From assembly GCA_045546315.1 (NCBI GenBank), contig JAZQCN010000091.1:98035-162034 (forward strand): a stretch of DNA of 64,000 bases. The letters are read 5' to 3'. A program made the position numbers and the translations under genes. Positions 29,082 through 37,626 of this stretch are shown here, piece after piece (positions within the stretch are counted from its first letter, which is position 1; every line of letters starts with the position of its first letter). This DNA is from Clostridia bacterium (lineage in GTDB: Bacteria; Bacillota; Clostridia; UBA1381; UMGS1253). The notes below the pieces were generated by a model. It worked only from the letters and a program-made list of their open reading frames with translations. It was not told the DNA's origin and made no database searches.

Positions 29082-29117
29082 AAAAAGGGCATCCTTGCGG
29101 ATGCCCTTAATTTTTTT
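29082..29117. terminator. Bidirectional terminator between the fusion gene and nhaC
   Basis: AAGGGCATCC-TTGC-GGATGCCCTT flanked by an A-run upstream and a T-run downstream. Confidence 0.75.
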
Positions 29118-29121
29118 GCGT

Positions 29122-30717
29122 TTACGCTGCCTTCTTTGTCATTGCCTTGATTACAAACATCGCTGCAATCATAACCACAATTGCAATCGGCAGAACGATC
29201 AACCAGTTCTGAACGAAGCCCGCAACCAGGTACGCAACGAAGGAAATCGCTGCTACAAAGATTGCATACGGCATCTGTGTCGAAACATGGTTTAAGTGGT
29301 TGCACTCTGCACCTGCAGAGGACATAATTGTTGTATCGGAAATCGGCGAGCAGTGGTCACCGCAAACCGCACCTGCAAGACACGCAGACATACCGATAAT
29401 CAGCATTTCGCTGCCTGCCGGGAAGATAGCAACAACAATCGGAATGAGGATACCGAAGGTACCCCAGGAAGTACCGGTGGAGAATGCCAAAAAGCATGCT
29501 ACCAGGAAGATAATTGCCGGCAGGAAGTTTGCAAGGCCCTTTGCAGCGCCTTCCATCAAGCCTGCAACAAACACATCTGCACCGAGAAGACCGGTCATGT
29601 TCTTCAGTGCTGTAGCAAAGGTAAGAATCAAAATTGCCGGTACCATAGCGATAAAGCCCTTCGGCACGCAATCCATTGCTTCTTTAAAGGTCATAATTCT
29701 TCTTGCTACCAGGTAGAAAATCGTCAGCACCAATGCGATGATACCGCCCCACGGCAGACCAACGGTTGCATCCGTGTTTGCAAATGCATCCACGAAGGAA
29801 ACGCCGTCTAAAATACCGCCGACATAAACGAGTGCGAATACGCAAATCACAATCAAGAGAAGAATCGGCAATACAAGGTCGATAACCTTACCCTTTTTAT
29901 TCGGCTCAACCGGTGCGCTCTCCGCTCTGTCACCGCAGGTGTACAAATCGCCGAGCTCGAGTGCATTCTTTTCGTGCAAACGCATCGGACCGAAGTCGAA
30001 CTTCATCAGTGTCAGCGCGATGATGAATACCAGTGTCAACAGGGAATAGAAGTTATACGGAATTGCCTGGATAAACAGAGAAAGACCCTGCCCCTCCGGC
30101 GCAAACTCGGAAACCGCAGCTGCCCAGGAGGAAATCGGCGCAATCATACAAATCGGCGCAGCCGTTGCATCGATTAAAAATGCAAGCTTTGCTCTGGAAA
30201 TCTTCTGTGCATCTGTTACCGGGCGCATAACCGAGCCAACGGTCAGGCAGTTAAAGTAGTCATCGATAAAGATGAGCACACCTAAAACGAAGGTTGCAAG
30301 CATTGCACCTGCACGGCTCTTAATGTTCTTCTTTGCCCATGCGCCGAAAGCCGCGCTGCCGCCGGCTTTGTTTACCAGTGCAACTAAAATACCGAGCACT
30401 ACGAGGAAAACAAAAATACCTGCAAGGCCGGATACCGCACCGATAATACCCTCATTTAAAAGCGCATCCATTGCCCCAAGCGGCTTATAGTTTGTTGCAA
30501 ACAATGCACCGCAAACGATACCGACAAACAAAGAAGAATAAACTTCCTTTGTAATCAGCGCCAATCCGATTGCCACAACCGGCGGCACTAAGGACATAAA
30601 TGTTGCCGCATAACGGCTGCCTTCTGCTGCGCCGTTATTTACCATTACCGAAGCAACCGCAATCAGCGCAATTGCCAGTATACCAAGGATAATACCGGCA
30701 AGTGTCTTTTTCTTCAT
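29122..30717 (-). CDS. nhaC: Na+/H+ antiporter, NhaC family
   Basis: 531 aa, polytopic membrane protein with NhaC-like sequence throughout. Confidence 0.8.
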   Translation of the reverse strand: MKKKTLAGIILGILAIALIAVASVMVNNGAAEGSRYAATFMSLVPPVVAIGLALITKEVYSSLFVGIVCGALFATNYKPLGAMDALLNEGIIGAVSGLAGIFVFLVVLGILVALVNKAGGSAAFGAWAKKNIKSRAGAMLATFVLGVLIFIDDYFNCLTVGSVMRPVTDAQKISRAKLAFLIDATAAPICMIAPISSWAAAVSEFAPEGQGLSLFIQAIPYNFYSLLTLVFIIALTLMKFDFGPMRLHEKNALELGDLYTCGDRAESAPVEPNKKGKVIDLVLPILLLIVICVFALVYVGGILDGVSFVDAFANTDATVGLPWGGIIALVLTIFYLVARRIMTFKEAMDCVPKGFIAMVPAILILTFATALKNMTGLLGADVFVAGLMEGAAKGLANFLPAIIFLVACFLAFSTGTSWGTFGILIPIVVAIFPAGSEMLIIGMSACLAGAVCGDHCSPISDTTIMSSAGAECNHLNHVSTQMPYAIFVAAISFVAYLVAGFVQNWLIVLPIAIVVMIAAMFVIKAMTKKAA

Positions 30718-30747
30718 ACCTTAAAACCCCTTTTTCTTTTTGTTTTT

Positions 30748-30776
30748 GCGTCATATGTTGACCGAATATGACACGC
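30748..30776 (-). promoter_or_regulatory. 5'-leader hairpin or operator dyad of nhaC
   Basis: The minus strand reads GCGTGTCATAT-N9-ATATGACGC, a 9-bp stem including one G-U pair. It starts just after the predicted -10. Confidence 0.35.
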
Positions 30777-30784
30777 TTGGAATT

Positions 30785-30813
30785 ATTATACAAAAAATAT
30801 GCAAATCTGTCAA
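30785..30813 (-). promoter_or_regulatory. Consensus sigma-A promoter of nhaC
   Basis: The minus strand reads TTGACA-17 nt-TATAAT. Confidence 0.6.
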
Positions 30814-30950
30814 TGTTTTGTTGCATTTGCAAAACAATCCGCAAAAATGTCTCTTAACATTCTTTTCCTTGTTTTTTAACAACTTGTCCATGCTCGAAAT
30901 AAAATGCTTGTCCGCTTTTCTCGGGTTGCTATAATTATATTGTACAAAAA

Positions 30951-31820
30951 TCACAAGGAGCTCTTTTCTCTTAAAAAATTCAGAAAATCAAGAATATTGC
31001 CATATGCCGAATTCGGCTTATAAAAAACATATCCAGTTTGTCGCTCTATAAAATCAATAACATTCAAAAACTTTGCTCTTTCATCGCCTATTTTGTTGCT
31101 TGTATCGTCTCGCGCCGTACCAATGCCGATGCCAATACCGATGCCGGCATCAACATATTTATAATAGCACAACAAATCATTGGTCTGCACAACAACATTC
31201 GGTGTAAATCCCTCGCGCTTGCAAGCGTTCAAAAGAATTCTGTATGTATTACTATACTCACCAAAGGAAATAAACGGTTGGTTACACAACTGCTTTAAAT
31301 AGATTTTTTTATCGCACAGCGGATGATTGGCGGCAGCGACCAAACGGATTCTTCTGCTGAAAAGTTCGAATTTTTCGTGTTTCGGATACTGCGACGGATC
31401 ATCGTCAATGATGATATCAAAATCCTCGGCGTTCGTGGTCAAAAAATCAAAAATTGTTCTGAAGGCTATACCCGGATGACTGGTTTGGTATTCAATAATC
31501 ATATCCGTAATTTTTCTTCTTGATACACCTACACCGACTTTAACTTCACGGGTATCCTTGGTGTTGTCCGGAGCAAGTGTGTGTTGTACATTGCTCAATT
31601 CATTAAAAATGATACACAGAGAGTTTTGCAGCTTTTGTCCGTTTTCGTTGAGCTCCACTCTGTTGCTGTATCTTTCAAATAAAGGGCATCCGAATTCCTT
31701 TTCCAAACGTTTGATAGCGGCAGACACCGAAGAGAGCGGCACCATATATTTTTCTGCCGTTTTAGAAAAACTTTGGTTTTTTGCACTTTCAAAAAAATAA
31801 CGAAGTTGCAAAATTTCCAT
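30951..31820 (-). CDS. LysR-family transcriptional regulator
   Basis: Start at ATG 31820 (MEILQLRYFFESAKNQSFSKTAEKYMVPLSSVSAAIKRLEKEFG), an HTH, with AAGGAG upstream. Divergent from the lyase gene. By eye it is more AT-rich than its neighbours. Confidence 0.85.
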   Translation of the reverse strand: MEILQLRYFFESAKNQSFSKTAEKYMVPLSSVSAAIKRLEKEFGCPLFERYSNRVELNENGQKLQNSLCIIFNELSNVQHTLAPDNTKDTREVKVGVGVSRRKITDMIIEYQTSHPGIAFRTIFDFLTTNAEDFDIIIDDDPSQYPKHEKFELFSRRIRLVAAANHPLCDKKIYLKQLCNQPFISFGEYSNTYRILLNACKREGFTPNVVVQTNDLLCYYKYVDAGIGIGIGIGTARDDTSNKIGDERAKFLNVIDFIERQTGYVFYKPNSAYGNILDFLNFLREKSSL

Positions 31821-31892
31821 ACAACCAACTCCTTTACCTAAGCACATTATACATTACATTTAAAAATAATGCAATATTATTATAGGTAATGA

Positions 31893-31921
31893 TTTACAGA
31901 TATGTACGGCTATGCTATAAT
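31893..31921 (+). promoter_or_regulatory. Candidate promoter of the secreted lyase gene
   Basis: TTTACA-17 nt-TATAAT, ~85 nt upstream of the ATG. Confidence 0.5.
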
Positions 31922-32007
31922 AAAAATTGTGAGTATAAATATCAAAAATCGTGCGGAATACAGACTGAATATCGTCATAATCCCATGGATTTAAAGGAGG
32001 AGGCACA

Positions 32008-35000
32008 ATGAAAGCAAGCAAAAAAATCTTAAGTGTACTTGTGGCTTTTTTAATGTTGCTCAGCACGGTAAATATTTCCGTTTTCGCGGAAGATACCGAA
32101 ACCATTAGCTTTGCGCCGACGGAGGCACCAAAGCCGCTCAGTGTACCGAGTAAGATGAACACCATTTTAAACGACAGCTTTGAAGACTACAAAAACGATT
32201 CTTTTACCTTAAAGCAATTCACTGCCGTCACCGGCAACAAAACCTACATCAAAATCGAAGACTTTTCGGGCAACAAGGTGCTCAAGTTTTTTAACACGGA
32301 CACCAAAAAGCACGGCCCGAAAATCGAAAAGAAGCTCGAGGCCGGACTGAAGAAGGTCTATTTAGAATTTGCTTCGATGAACAATGCGGAAGGTCCGCTC
32401 ATCGTTGCCCTCTACGACGGCGCAACCGCCAAAACGATTTATACGAAAAAAACCGTGAGCGACGGCAAAAACTGGAACTATCATAAATATGAATTCGATT
32501 TTGCCGCAATGACGGTTTCTGCAGAGATTGATGGCGAAACCGTGGCGTCAGGCGTTGACATAAGCGGATTAGCCCTGACGGATACCTCCAAGCTTGTCAT
32601 TCGCATCAACAGCGGCTTAAGCGGCGGCGGTGTAATCTATTTTGATAATTTCATTATATACACGCCAAACGCGCTTTCATCGCTTTTCAGCTATGACGGC
32701 ACCTTCAACTACCAGAATGTAATCGAGCCGAACCCGACAGGGCTGAGCGAAGCAATGCTGAAAACACATCCGCGCGTACTTGTAACCGACTGGGATGTCA
32801 TTCGCGAAAAAATTGCGACAGACCCGTACTGCGCAAAGTGGTTTGCAAAACTGAAATCGAGTGCAGATACATATGTAAGCAAGAACGAATATATTGAATA
32901 CAGCGTAAACTCCCGCGGTAACATCAATAACATTGCGGGTAATTACCGCAACAAACTCATTATCCTCGGCTTTGTTGCAGGCGTAACCGGCGAAAGAAAA
33001 TACGCCGACCTTGCGTACAGAGAAATGAAAAACGCGGCTGAAAACTGGCCGGATTGGGGCGAGAGCACCTGTATGGTCGGCGCGAAGATCATCCGCGGTT
33101 ATGCTGTTGCCTACGACTGGGCATACCATGTATTTACACCGCAGGAACGCGCTGAAATTGAAAACATACTTATAAATAAAGCAGCAGCCATCGTAATGAA
33201 GCAATACAAAGGTCTGCTCTCCAACGGCTACACAGTGCTTCATGCATACCACAACCAGGCGATGGGCGTACAGACCGACTATGTTATGTTCGCAATCGCA
33301 ATCAACGATCTCGTGCCGAACGTTTCGGAATATATCTTCCGCGAGATTTCCCAGAATCTGCCGAACACCTTCGTAGAAATCTCCGACGACGGCGGTTTTT
33401 CGGAATCCATGGAATACTGGAACTACGGCGTCGGCAACCTGATTGCCAGCGTTGCAAGCCTTGAAGAATGCATCGCACCGGGCAAAACCTTGCCGGATTG
33501 CTTAAACTTCGCACTTCAGGCAAACTTTGCACAGACACCTGACCACGTCATTTACTATGACGGTGCAACAAAATGCTTTAACTATAATGCATCCACCTGT
33601 GGTCGTGTTTCGTCCCCTGCCTTTTTAAGAATTGCAGACAGATATGACCAGCCGCAGTACGCATGGTATGAACTGACGAAAAATCAGAGTGATCCATCTA
33701 TGCTCTACGGCGGCATGGATGCCTGCGTAGCGATTGTGTACTACAATCCGGAAAAGGTAAGCTCTGCAGACTTTGTACTCGATAAGTTCTACAAAAACGA
33801 CCGCCAGTACGGTCCGAACGGTATCTCGATGCGTTCGAGCTGGGACAGAGAAACAATGCTCTTTGCGGCAATGCAGGGTGGCGACAACGAAACCTTCCAC
33901 GCCTACAACGGTCTCGGTACTTTCGTACTCGACTGGGAGGGCGAGCGTTTTGCACTTTTAACCGGTAAAGACTCCGTTTCCAACACCTACACAATCGAAA
34001 GCGGTTACGACGGCGAAGGTACGGACTACTATTACAGAAGAACAGAAGGTAATAACACCATTACCATCAATCCGGATTCAGGTCCGGGACAGAAAAACGA
34101 CGGTTTCGCAGTATTGCTCGACTCCGATTCTGCAGAAAACGGTTCTTACGGCATTTTAGATATGACGCGTACACGCGATGACTTAAACAAGCATCACCGC
34201 GGTATGATGATGACAAACAACCGTACAAGAATCGTCATGCAGGACGAAATTTCGACAAAAGTTCCGTCCGAAGTTTACTGGTTTATGCACACCAATGCCG
34301 ACATCACCCTTTCCGCTGACGGCAAGGGTGCACTCCTGGAAATCAACGGTAAGAGATTGTATGTGAGAATCAACGCAGGTCCAACGGATACAGCATTTTC
34401 CGTTATGCCGATTGAGCCGCTTCCGACGAGCCCGAATCCGCCAAAGCAGAAGGGCGAGTTCATGGCAGCTTACACCGGCGATAAAAAGCTTGCAATTCAC
34501 GTAAACAACATCACAGAAATGACGCTGAGCGTAGAATTTATTCCGCTGCGCGCAGGCGAAGGCATCCCGAATGATGTAACAGTGGTAACGCCGATGGCAG
34601 ACTGGAGTGTAAACAAAGGCGAAACAAAGCGCATCGAGGAACGCCTCGGCAACGTAGTCGCACTCAAGCTCGGCTCCCCTGCCGCATATGCAAAGGGCGT
34701 ACGTACGTATGTAGATACCGCCAACAAGGATGTTTATCCGTTTACGGAAAACAGCAGAACACTCGTACCGGTAAGATTTATTGCCGAAAACTTCGGTGCA
34801 AGAGTAGACTGGACAGAGGCAACACAGACTGTAGATATCACCTGCGGCGACAATGTCATCCGTATGGTACTCGGCTCCAAGGAAATGAATGTGAACGGAC
34901 AAACCGTAATGTTGGATGTTCCGGCACAGACGTATAACGACAGAACACTCATCCCGCTTCGCGCACTTGCAGAAGCACTCGGTAAGAAGGTATTCTGGGA

Positions 35001-36060
35001 TGACAGAGGTCTTATCATAATTTCCGATGAAGATATTGCCTACAGTGAAAATACAATTGCAGATGCCTGCAAGATGCTCGACATCCGCGTTCTTGCCGGC
35101 GCAAACGAAATCAGCTTCCGTCCGGAAATGAAAGACTACTACGTCAATGCGCCTGCCGGCGAGGTTACCGCTTTGACAAACGGTAGCGCATACGCAGTTT
35201 CCATAGCGCAGGGCAACCCGGCTGTAGTGACAATCGATGGCGTAAACTACAATGTTCACTTTACACCAAATCCGTTTGAAGGCATTGCAGGCACCGGTGG
35301 TGCAGGCTCTATTTCCAAGATGGAATTGCTTGTAGCAGGCAGCACCGGCATTCCGGATCACCCGACCTCCATTCAGATTATGGACATCGACTCCTCCACC
35401 GGCTGGGGCAAATATCCGAAGTGGGGTATCGCAGACGGCGTAATTTCCTCCGGTATGGAAAACAGATGGACAGGCGAAGGCAAACAATGGATCAGCTTTG
35501 ACTTTGGCGAAGCAAAGCCGCTGCACTCCTTTGCACTTTCAACCACCGGCTCCAACAAGCGTGCATTTACATTAAGCGTGGATATCTCCGACGACGGCAA
35601 GACATGGACAACACTTCTGCCAAGCATTACAACCGAGCTTAAAGATGGTCCGACCGTGTTTGCACTCGGCGATGTACGTGCAAGATATGTACGATTCAAC
35701 ACCATCTCCAACAGCGATGGCAGCGCATATAACAGCTACGCAGAAGTCCGTTTCTATGCAGATGCTACAATGGAAGCAGAAGACCAGAAGGCATGGAATG
35801 CCATCTTCAAGCTTTCCGATACGGAAGGCAAGGTCGGCGACACAATGACCGTGAACATCTCTGCAACCGATCCTGCAGGCGCGGCGGTAGACCTGAGCAC
35901 ATATACGGTAACTTATGCAAGCTCGGATGCTTCTATCATCAGTATTGATGCAAACGGCACATGCACTTTAAAGAAAGCCGGTACCGCTATAATTACGGCA
36001 ACCGCTGTTCGAAAAGGCGCCCTTCCGAAAACAGCAGAAATCACAATTCTCGTAAAATAA
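32008..36060 (+). CDS. Secreted multidomain polysaccharide lyase-like protein (heparinase II/III-like core)
   Basis: Signal peptide MKASKKILSVLVAFLMLLSTVNISVFA. Jelly-roll-like N-domain. Alpha-toroid segment (HPRVLVTDWDVI...), then FHAYNGLGTFVLDWEGERF...EGNNTITIN (heparinase II/III-like). Copper-amine-oxidase-N-like repeat (RTLVPVRFIAENFGARVDW...RTLIPLRALAEALG). F5/8-type-C-like domain (WISFDFGEAKPLHSF...ARYVRF). C-terminal Big_2-like domain. Confidence 0.65.
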   Translation: MKASKKILSVLVAFLMLLSTVNISVFAEDTETISFAPTEAPKPLSVPSKMNTILNDSFEDYKNDSFTLKQFTAVTGNKTYIKIEDFSGNKVLKFFNTDTKKHGPKIEKKLEAGLKKVYLEFASMNNAEGPLIVALYDGATAKTIYTKKTVSDGKNWNYHKYEFDFAAMTVSAEIDGETVASGVDISGLALTDTSKLVIRINSGLSGGGVIYFDNFIIYTPNALSSLFSYDGTFNYQNVIEPNPTGLSEAMLKTHPRVLVTDWDVIREKIATDPYCAKWFAKLKSSADTYVSKNEYIEYSVNSRGNINNIAGNYRNKLIILGFVAGVTGERKYADLAYREMKNAAENWPDWGESTCMVGAKIIRGYAVAYDWAYHVFTPQERAEIENILINKAAAIVMKQYKGLLSNGYTVLHAYHNQAMGVQTDYVMFAIAINDLVPNVSEYIFREISQNLPNTFVEISDDGGFSESMEYWNYGVGNLIASVASLEECIAPGKTLPDCLNFALQANFAQTPDHVIYYDGATKCFNYNASTCGRVSSPAFLRIADRYDQPQYAWYELTKNQSDPSMLYGGMDACVAIVYYNPEKVSSADFVLDKFYKNDRQYGPNGISMRSSWDRETMLFAAMQGGDNETFHAYNGLGTFVLDWEGERFALLTGKDSVSNTYTIESGYDGEGTDYYYRRTEGNNTITINPDSGPGQKNDGFAVLLDSDSAENGSYGILDMTRTRDDLNKHHRGMMMTNNRTRIVMQDEISTKVPSEVYWFMHTNADITLSADGKGALLEINGKRLYVRINAGPTDTAFSVMPIEPLPTSPNPPKQKGEFMAAYTGDKKLAIHVNNITEMTLSVEFIPLRAGEGIPNDVTVVTPMADWSVNKGETKRIEERLGNVVALKLGSPAAYAKGVRTYVDTANKDVYPFTENSRTLVPVRFIAENFGARVDWTEATQTVDITCGDNVIRMVLGSKEMNVNGQTVMLDVPAQTYNDRTLIPLRALAEALGKKVFWDDRGLIIISDEDIAYSENTIADACKMLDIRVLAGANEISFRPEMKDYYVNAPAGEVTALTNGSAYAVSIAQGNPAVVTIDGVNYNVHFTPNPFEGIAGTGGAGSISKMELLVAGSTGIPDHPTSIQIMDIDSSTGWGKYPKWGIADGVISSGMENRWTGEGKQWISFDFGEAKPLHSFALSTTGSNKRAFTLSVDISDDGKTWTTLLPSITTELKDGPTVFALGDVRARYVRFNTISNSDGSAYNSYAEVRFYADATMEAEDQKAWNAIFKLSDTEGKVGDTMTVNISATDPAGAAVDLSTYTVTYASSDASIISIDANGTCTLKKAGTAIITATAVRKGALPKTAEITILVK

Positions 36061-36066
36061 AAATGA

Positions 36067-36097
36067 GCGGTGTGGAAAATTTCCACACCGCCTTTTT
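36067..36097. terminator. Terminator between the convergent lyase and MBL genes
   Basis: GCGGTGTGGAAA-TTTCCACACCGC followed by CTTTTT. Confidence 0.7.
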
Positions 36098-36106
36098 CAG
36101 TTTGCT

Positions 36107-36988
36107 TTAAAATAAGTTTGCTTCCTCTGCAATCGATAAACCGTCGTAAGCGACCTTTACATCGTATGGCACATCGAGCTCTTTCCAGTACTGCTCAAGC
36201 TCCGCGTGCGTTTTATATACGCCGCAAATGTGCGTTATGTAAATAAGCGTGTCTTTCTCAATTGTACCCTGCGCCCAAAGTCGGTCCAGCGTCAGCTGTT
36301 CCATATGCAAATTCATATGACCGCCCGGGTATTCCGTTTCCGTCATAAATGTACATTCGCCGATAAGCAAATCAAGCTTTACATCTTTAAGGTATTCAAA
36401 GGTTTCCTCGACATAGATGCCGGAATCCACCGCATAATACATCTTTTTGCCGCTCGGGAATTCGATTAAGTAGTTCGCTGAATGTGCCTCATAATTCGTC
36501 GTATGATGGCCCTTCAGCGGCGTTACCTTATATTTGCCGACCTGCACTGTCTTATAAAACTCTAATTCGTGCAGCTCTACAACATCCGGGTTGCAGCGCG
36601 GGTCGTTTGCAAAGCGCGCAAGCCCCTTTTCCATTTTTGCCTTACCGCCCGGCGCAAAATACATATGCAGCTTATGGGTCGGCTTATCCTCGCCCTTGAC
36701 CACCATACGGTACCAGTACAGATAATCGTCGCAGTGGTCGTGGTGCGTATGCGTAAATAAAATATGCTCCAAATCAAAAATGTCTTCGCGATAGTGCATC
36801 GACTGTGCCGCAAAATCGGCACCTGCGTCGATGAAAACCTGATCGTCTATGCGAAAGCAGGAGCGTGTGCGCACATCCTTGCCGCCGTGCTCGCGCGCAT
36901 ACTCGCACACTCTGCAGCGGCAAAACGGCGCCGGAATCCCTTCGCCGCCCGAAGTTCCCCAAAATCGCATTTTCTGATTTTCTCTCAT
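36107..36988 (-). CDS. PhnP/PqqB-like metallo-beta-lactamase-fold hydrolase
   Basis: N-terminal GTSGGEGIPAPFCRCRVC (CxCxxC zinc site as in PhnP/PqqB) and an HTHHDH (HxHxDH) motif. Confidence 0.7.
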   Translation of the reverse strand: MRENQKMRFWGTSGGEGIPAPFCRCRVCEYAREHGGKDVRTRSCFRIDDQVFIDAGADFAAQSMHYREDIFDLEHILFTHTHHDHCDDYLYWYRMVVKGEDKPTHKLHMYFAPGGKAKMEKGLARFANDPRCNPDVVELHELEFYKTVQVGKYKVTPLKGHHTTNYEAHSANYLIEFPSGKKMYYAVDSGIYVEETFEYLKDVKLDLLIGECTFMTETEYPGGHMNLHMEQLTLDRLWAQGTIEKDTLIYITHICGVYKTHAELEQYWKELDVPYDVKVAYDGLSIAEEANLF

Positions 36989-37002
36989 CGCTGTTCTCCC
37001 CT

Positions 37003-37515
37003 TTAACTAAAAATCGTAAATCCAAAAAATGTAACCGTTGTTACAATCATTGCCGCAGTAATAACGCCGATTGCCACGGAAGGAAAGGCTTTTTTGAGCG
37101 GCATATCCATCATCGCTGCTATAAGCGCGCCCGTCCACGCACCTGTGCCCGGCAGCGGAATCGCAACAAAAAGAAACAAGCCCCAAAAGGCATATTTTTC
37201 TACAGTCGCTCTGTTCTTTTCCGCACGCTGCTCCAATTTGGTTACAAACCCGTCAAGCTTCGGCATTACCTTGCGAATCCACGCAAAGATTGCTTTGATA
37301 AACAGAATGATAAACGGCACCGGAAGGATGTTTCCAATCAGCGACACCGAAACGGAAACCAAATACGGCAGCCCCAAGCCAACGCCAATCGGAATCGCAC
37401 CGCGCAGCTCAATGACCGGTATCATAGAGACAAACAGCGTCGTTAATATCTTTCCGATAAAATTCTCTGTAAAAAACGAAATGATTGCTCCCAATGTGCA
37501 TTCTCCTAAATTCAT
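37003..37515 (-). CDS. Small multidrug-export-like (COG2426) membrane protein
   Basis: 170 aa with 4-5 TM helices. The start is ambiguous: ATG 37515 has no RBS, while a TTG seven codons downstream is preceded by AGGAGAA. Confidence 0.55.
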   Translation of the reverse strand: MNLGECTLGAIISFFTENFIGKILTTLFVSMIPVIELRGAIPIGVGLGLPYLVSVSVSLIGNILPVPFIILFIKAIFAWIRKVMPKLDGFVTKLEQRAEKNRATVEKYAFWGLFLFVAIPLPGTGAWTGALIAAMMDMPLKKAFPSVAIGVITAAMIVTTVTFFGFTIFS

Positions 37516-37580
37516 ATTCTAAATTATTATATATGATTTTCAAGGAAAAGAAAAGACCTTTTTGTATTTTCTTTTAAAGA

Positions 37581-37619
37581 GACAAAACAAAAAGCTCTGA
37601 ACAGAGCGTTCAGAGCTTT
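37581..37619 (-). terminator. Terminator after the isomerase/WbsX-like operon
   Basis: The minus strand reads AAAAGCTCTGAAC-GCTCT-GTTCAGAGCTTTT followed by TGTTTTGTC. Confidence 0.65.
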
Positions 37620-37626
37620 TAATGAC

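Noticed and set aside
30635-30954. Small ORFs (64-69 aa) in the nhaC/LysR intergenic region.
   Set aside because: They overlap the nhaC promoter and leader, are AT-rich with low-complexity translations, and lack an RBS.
31119-31148. Hexanucleotide microsatellite encoding (Gly-Ile)x4 in the LysR gene as a possible phase-variation tract.
   Set aside because: The DNA repeats are imperfect (ggcatc/ggtatt/ggcatc/ggcatt) and in-frame. Slipped-strand switching is therefore unlikely, so I mention it only as an oddity in the LysR finding.
34183-35526. A 447-aa minus-strand ORF (with a 191-aa one at 32677..33252) inside the lyase gene.
   Set aside because: It is antisense to a gene with clear domain content. 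It is Cys/Arg/His-rich with no recognisable motif, start context or terminator, so I treat it as a shadow ORF.
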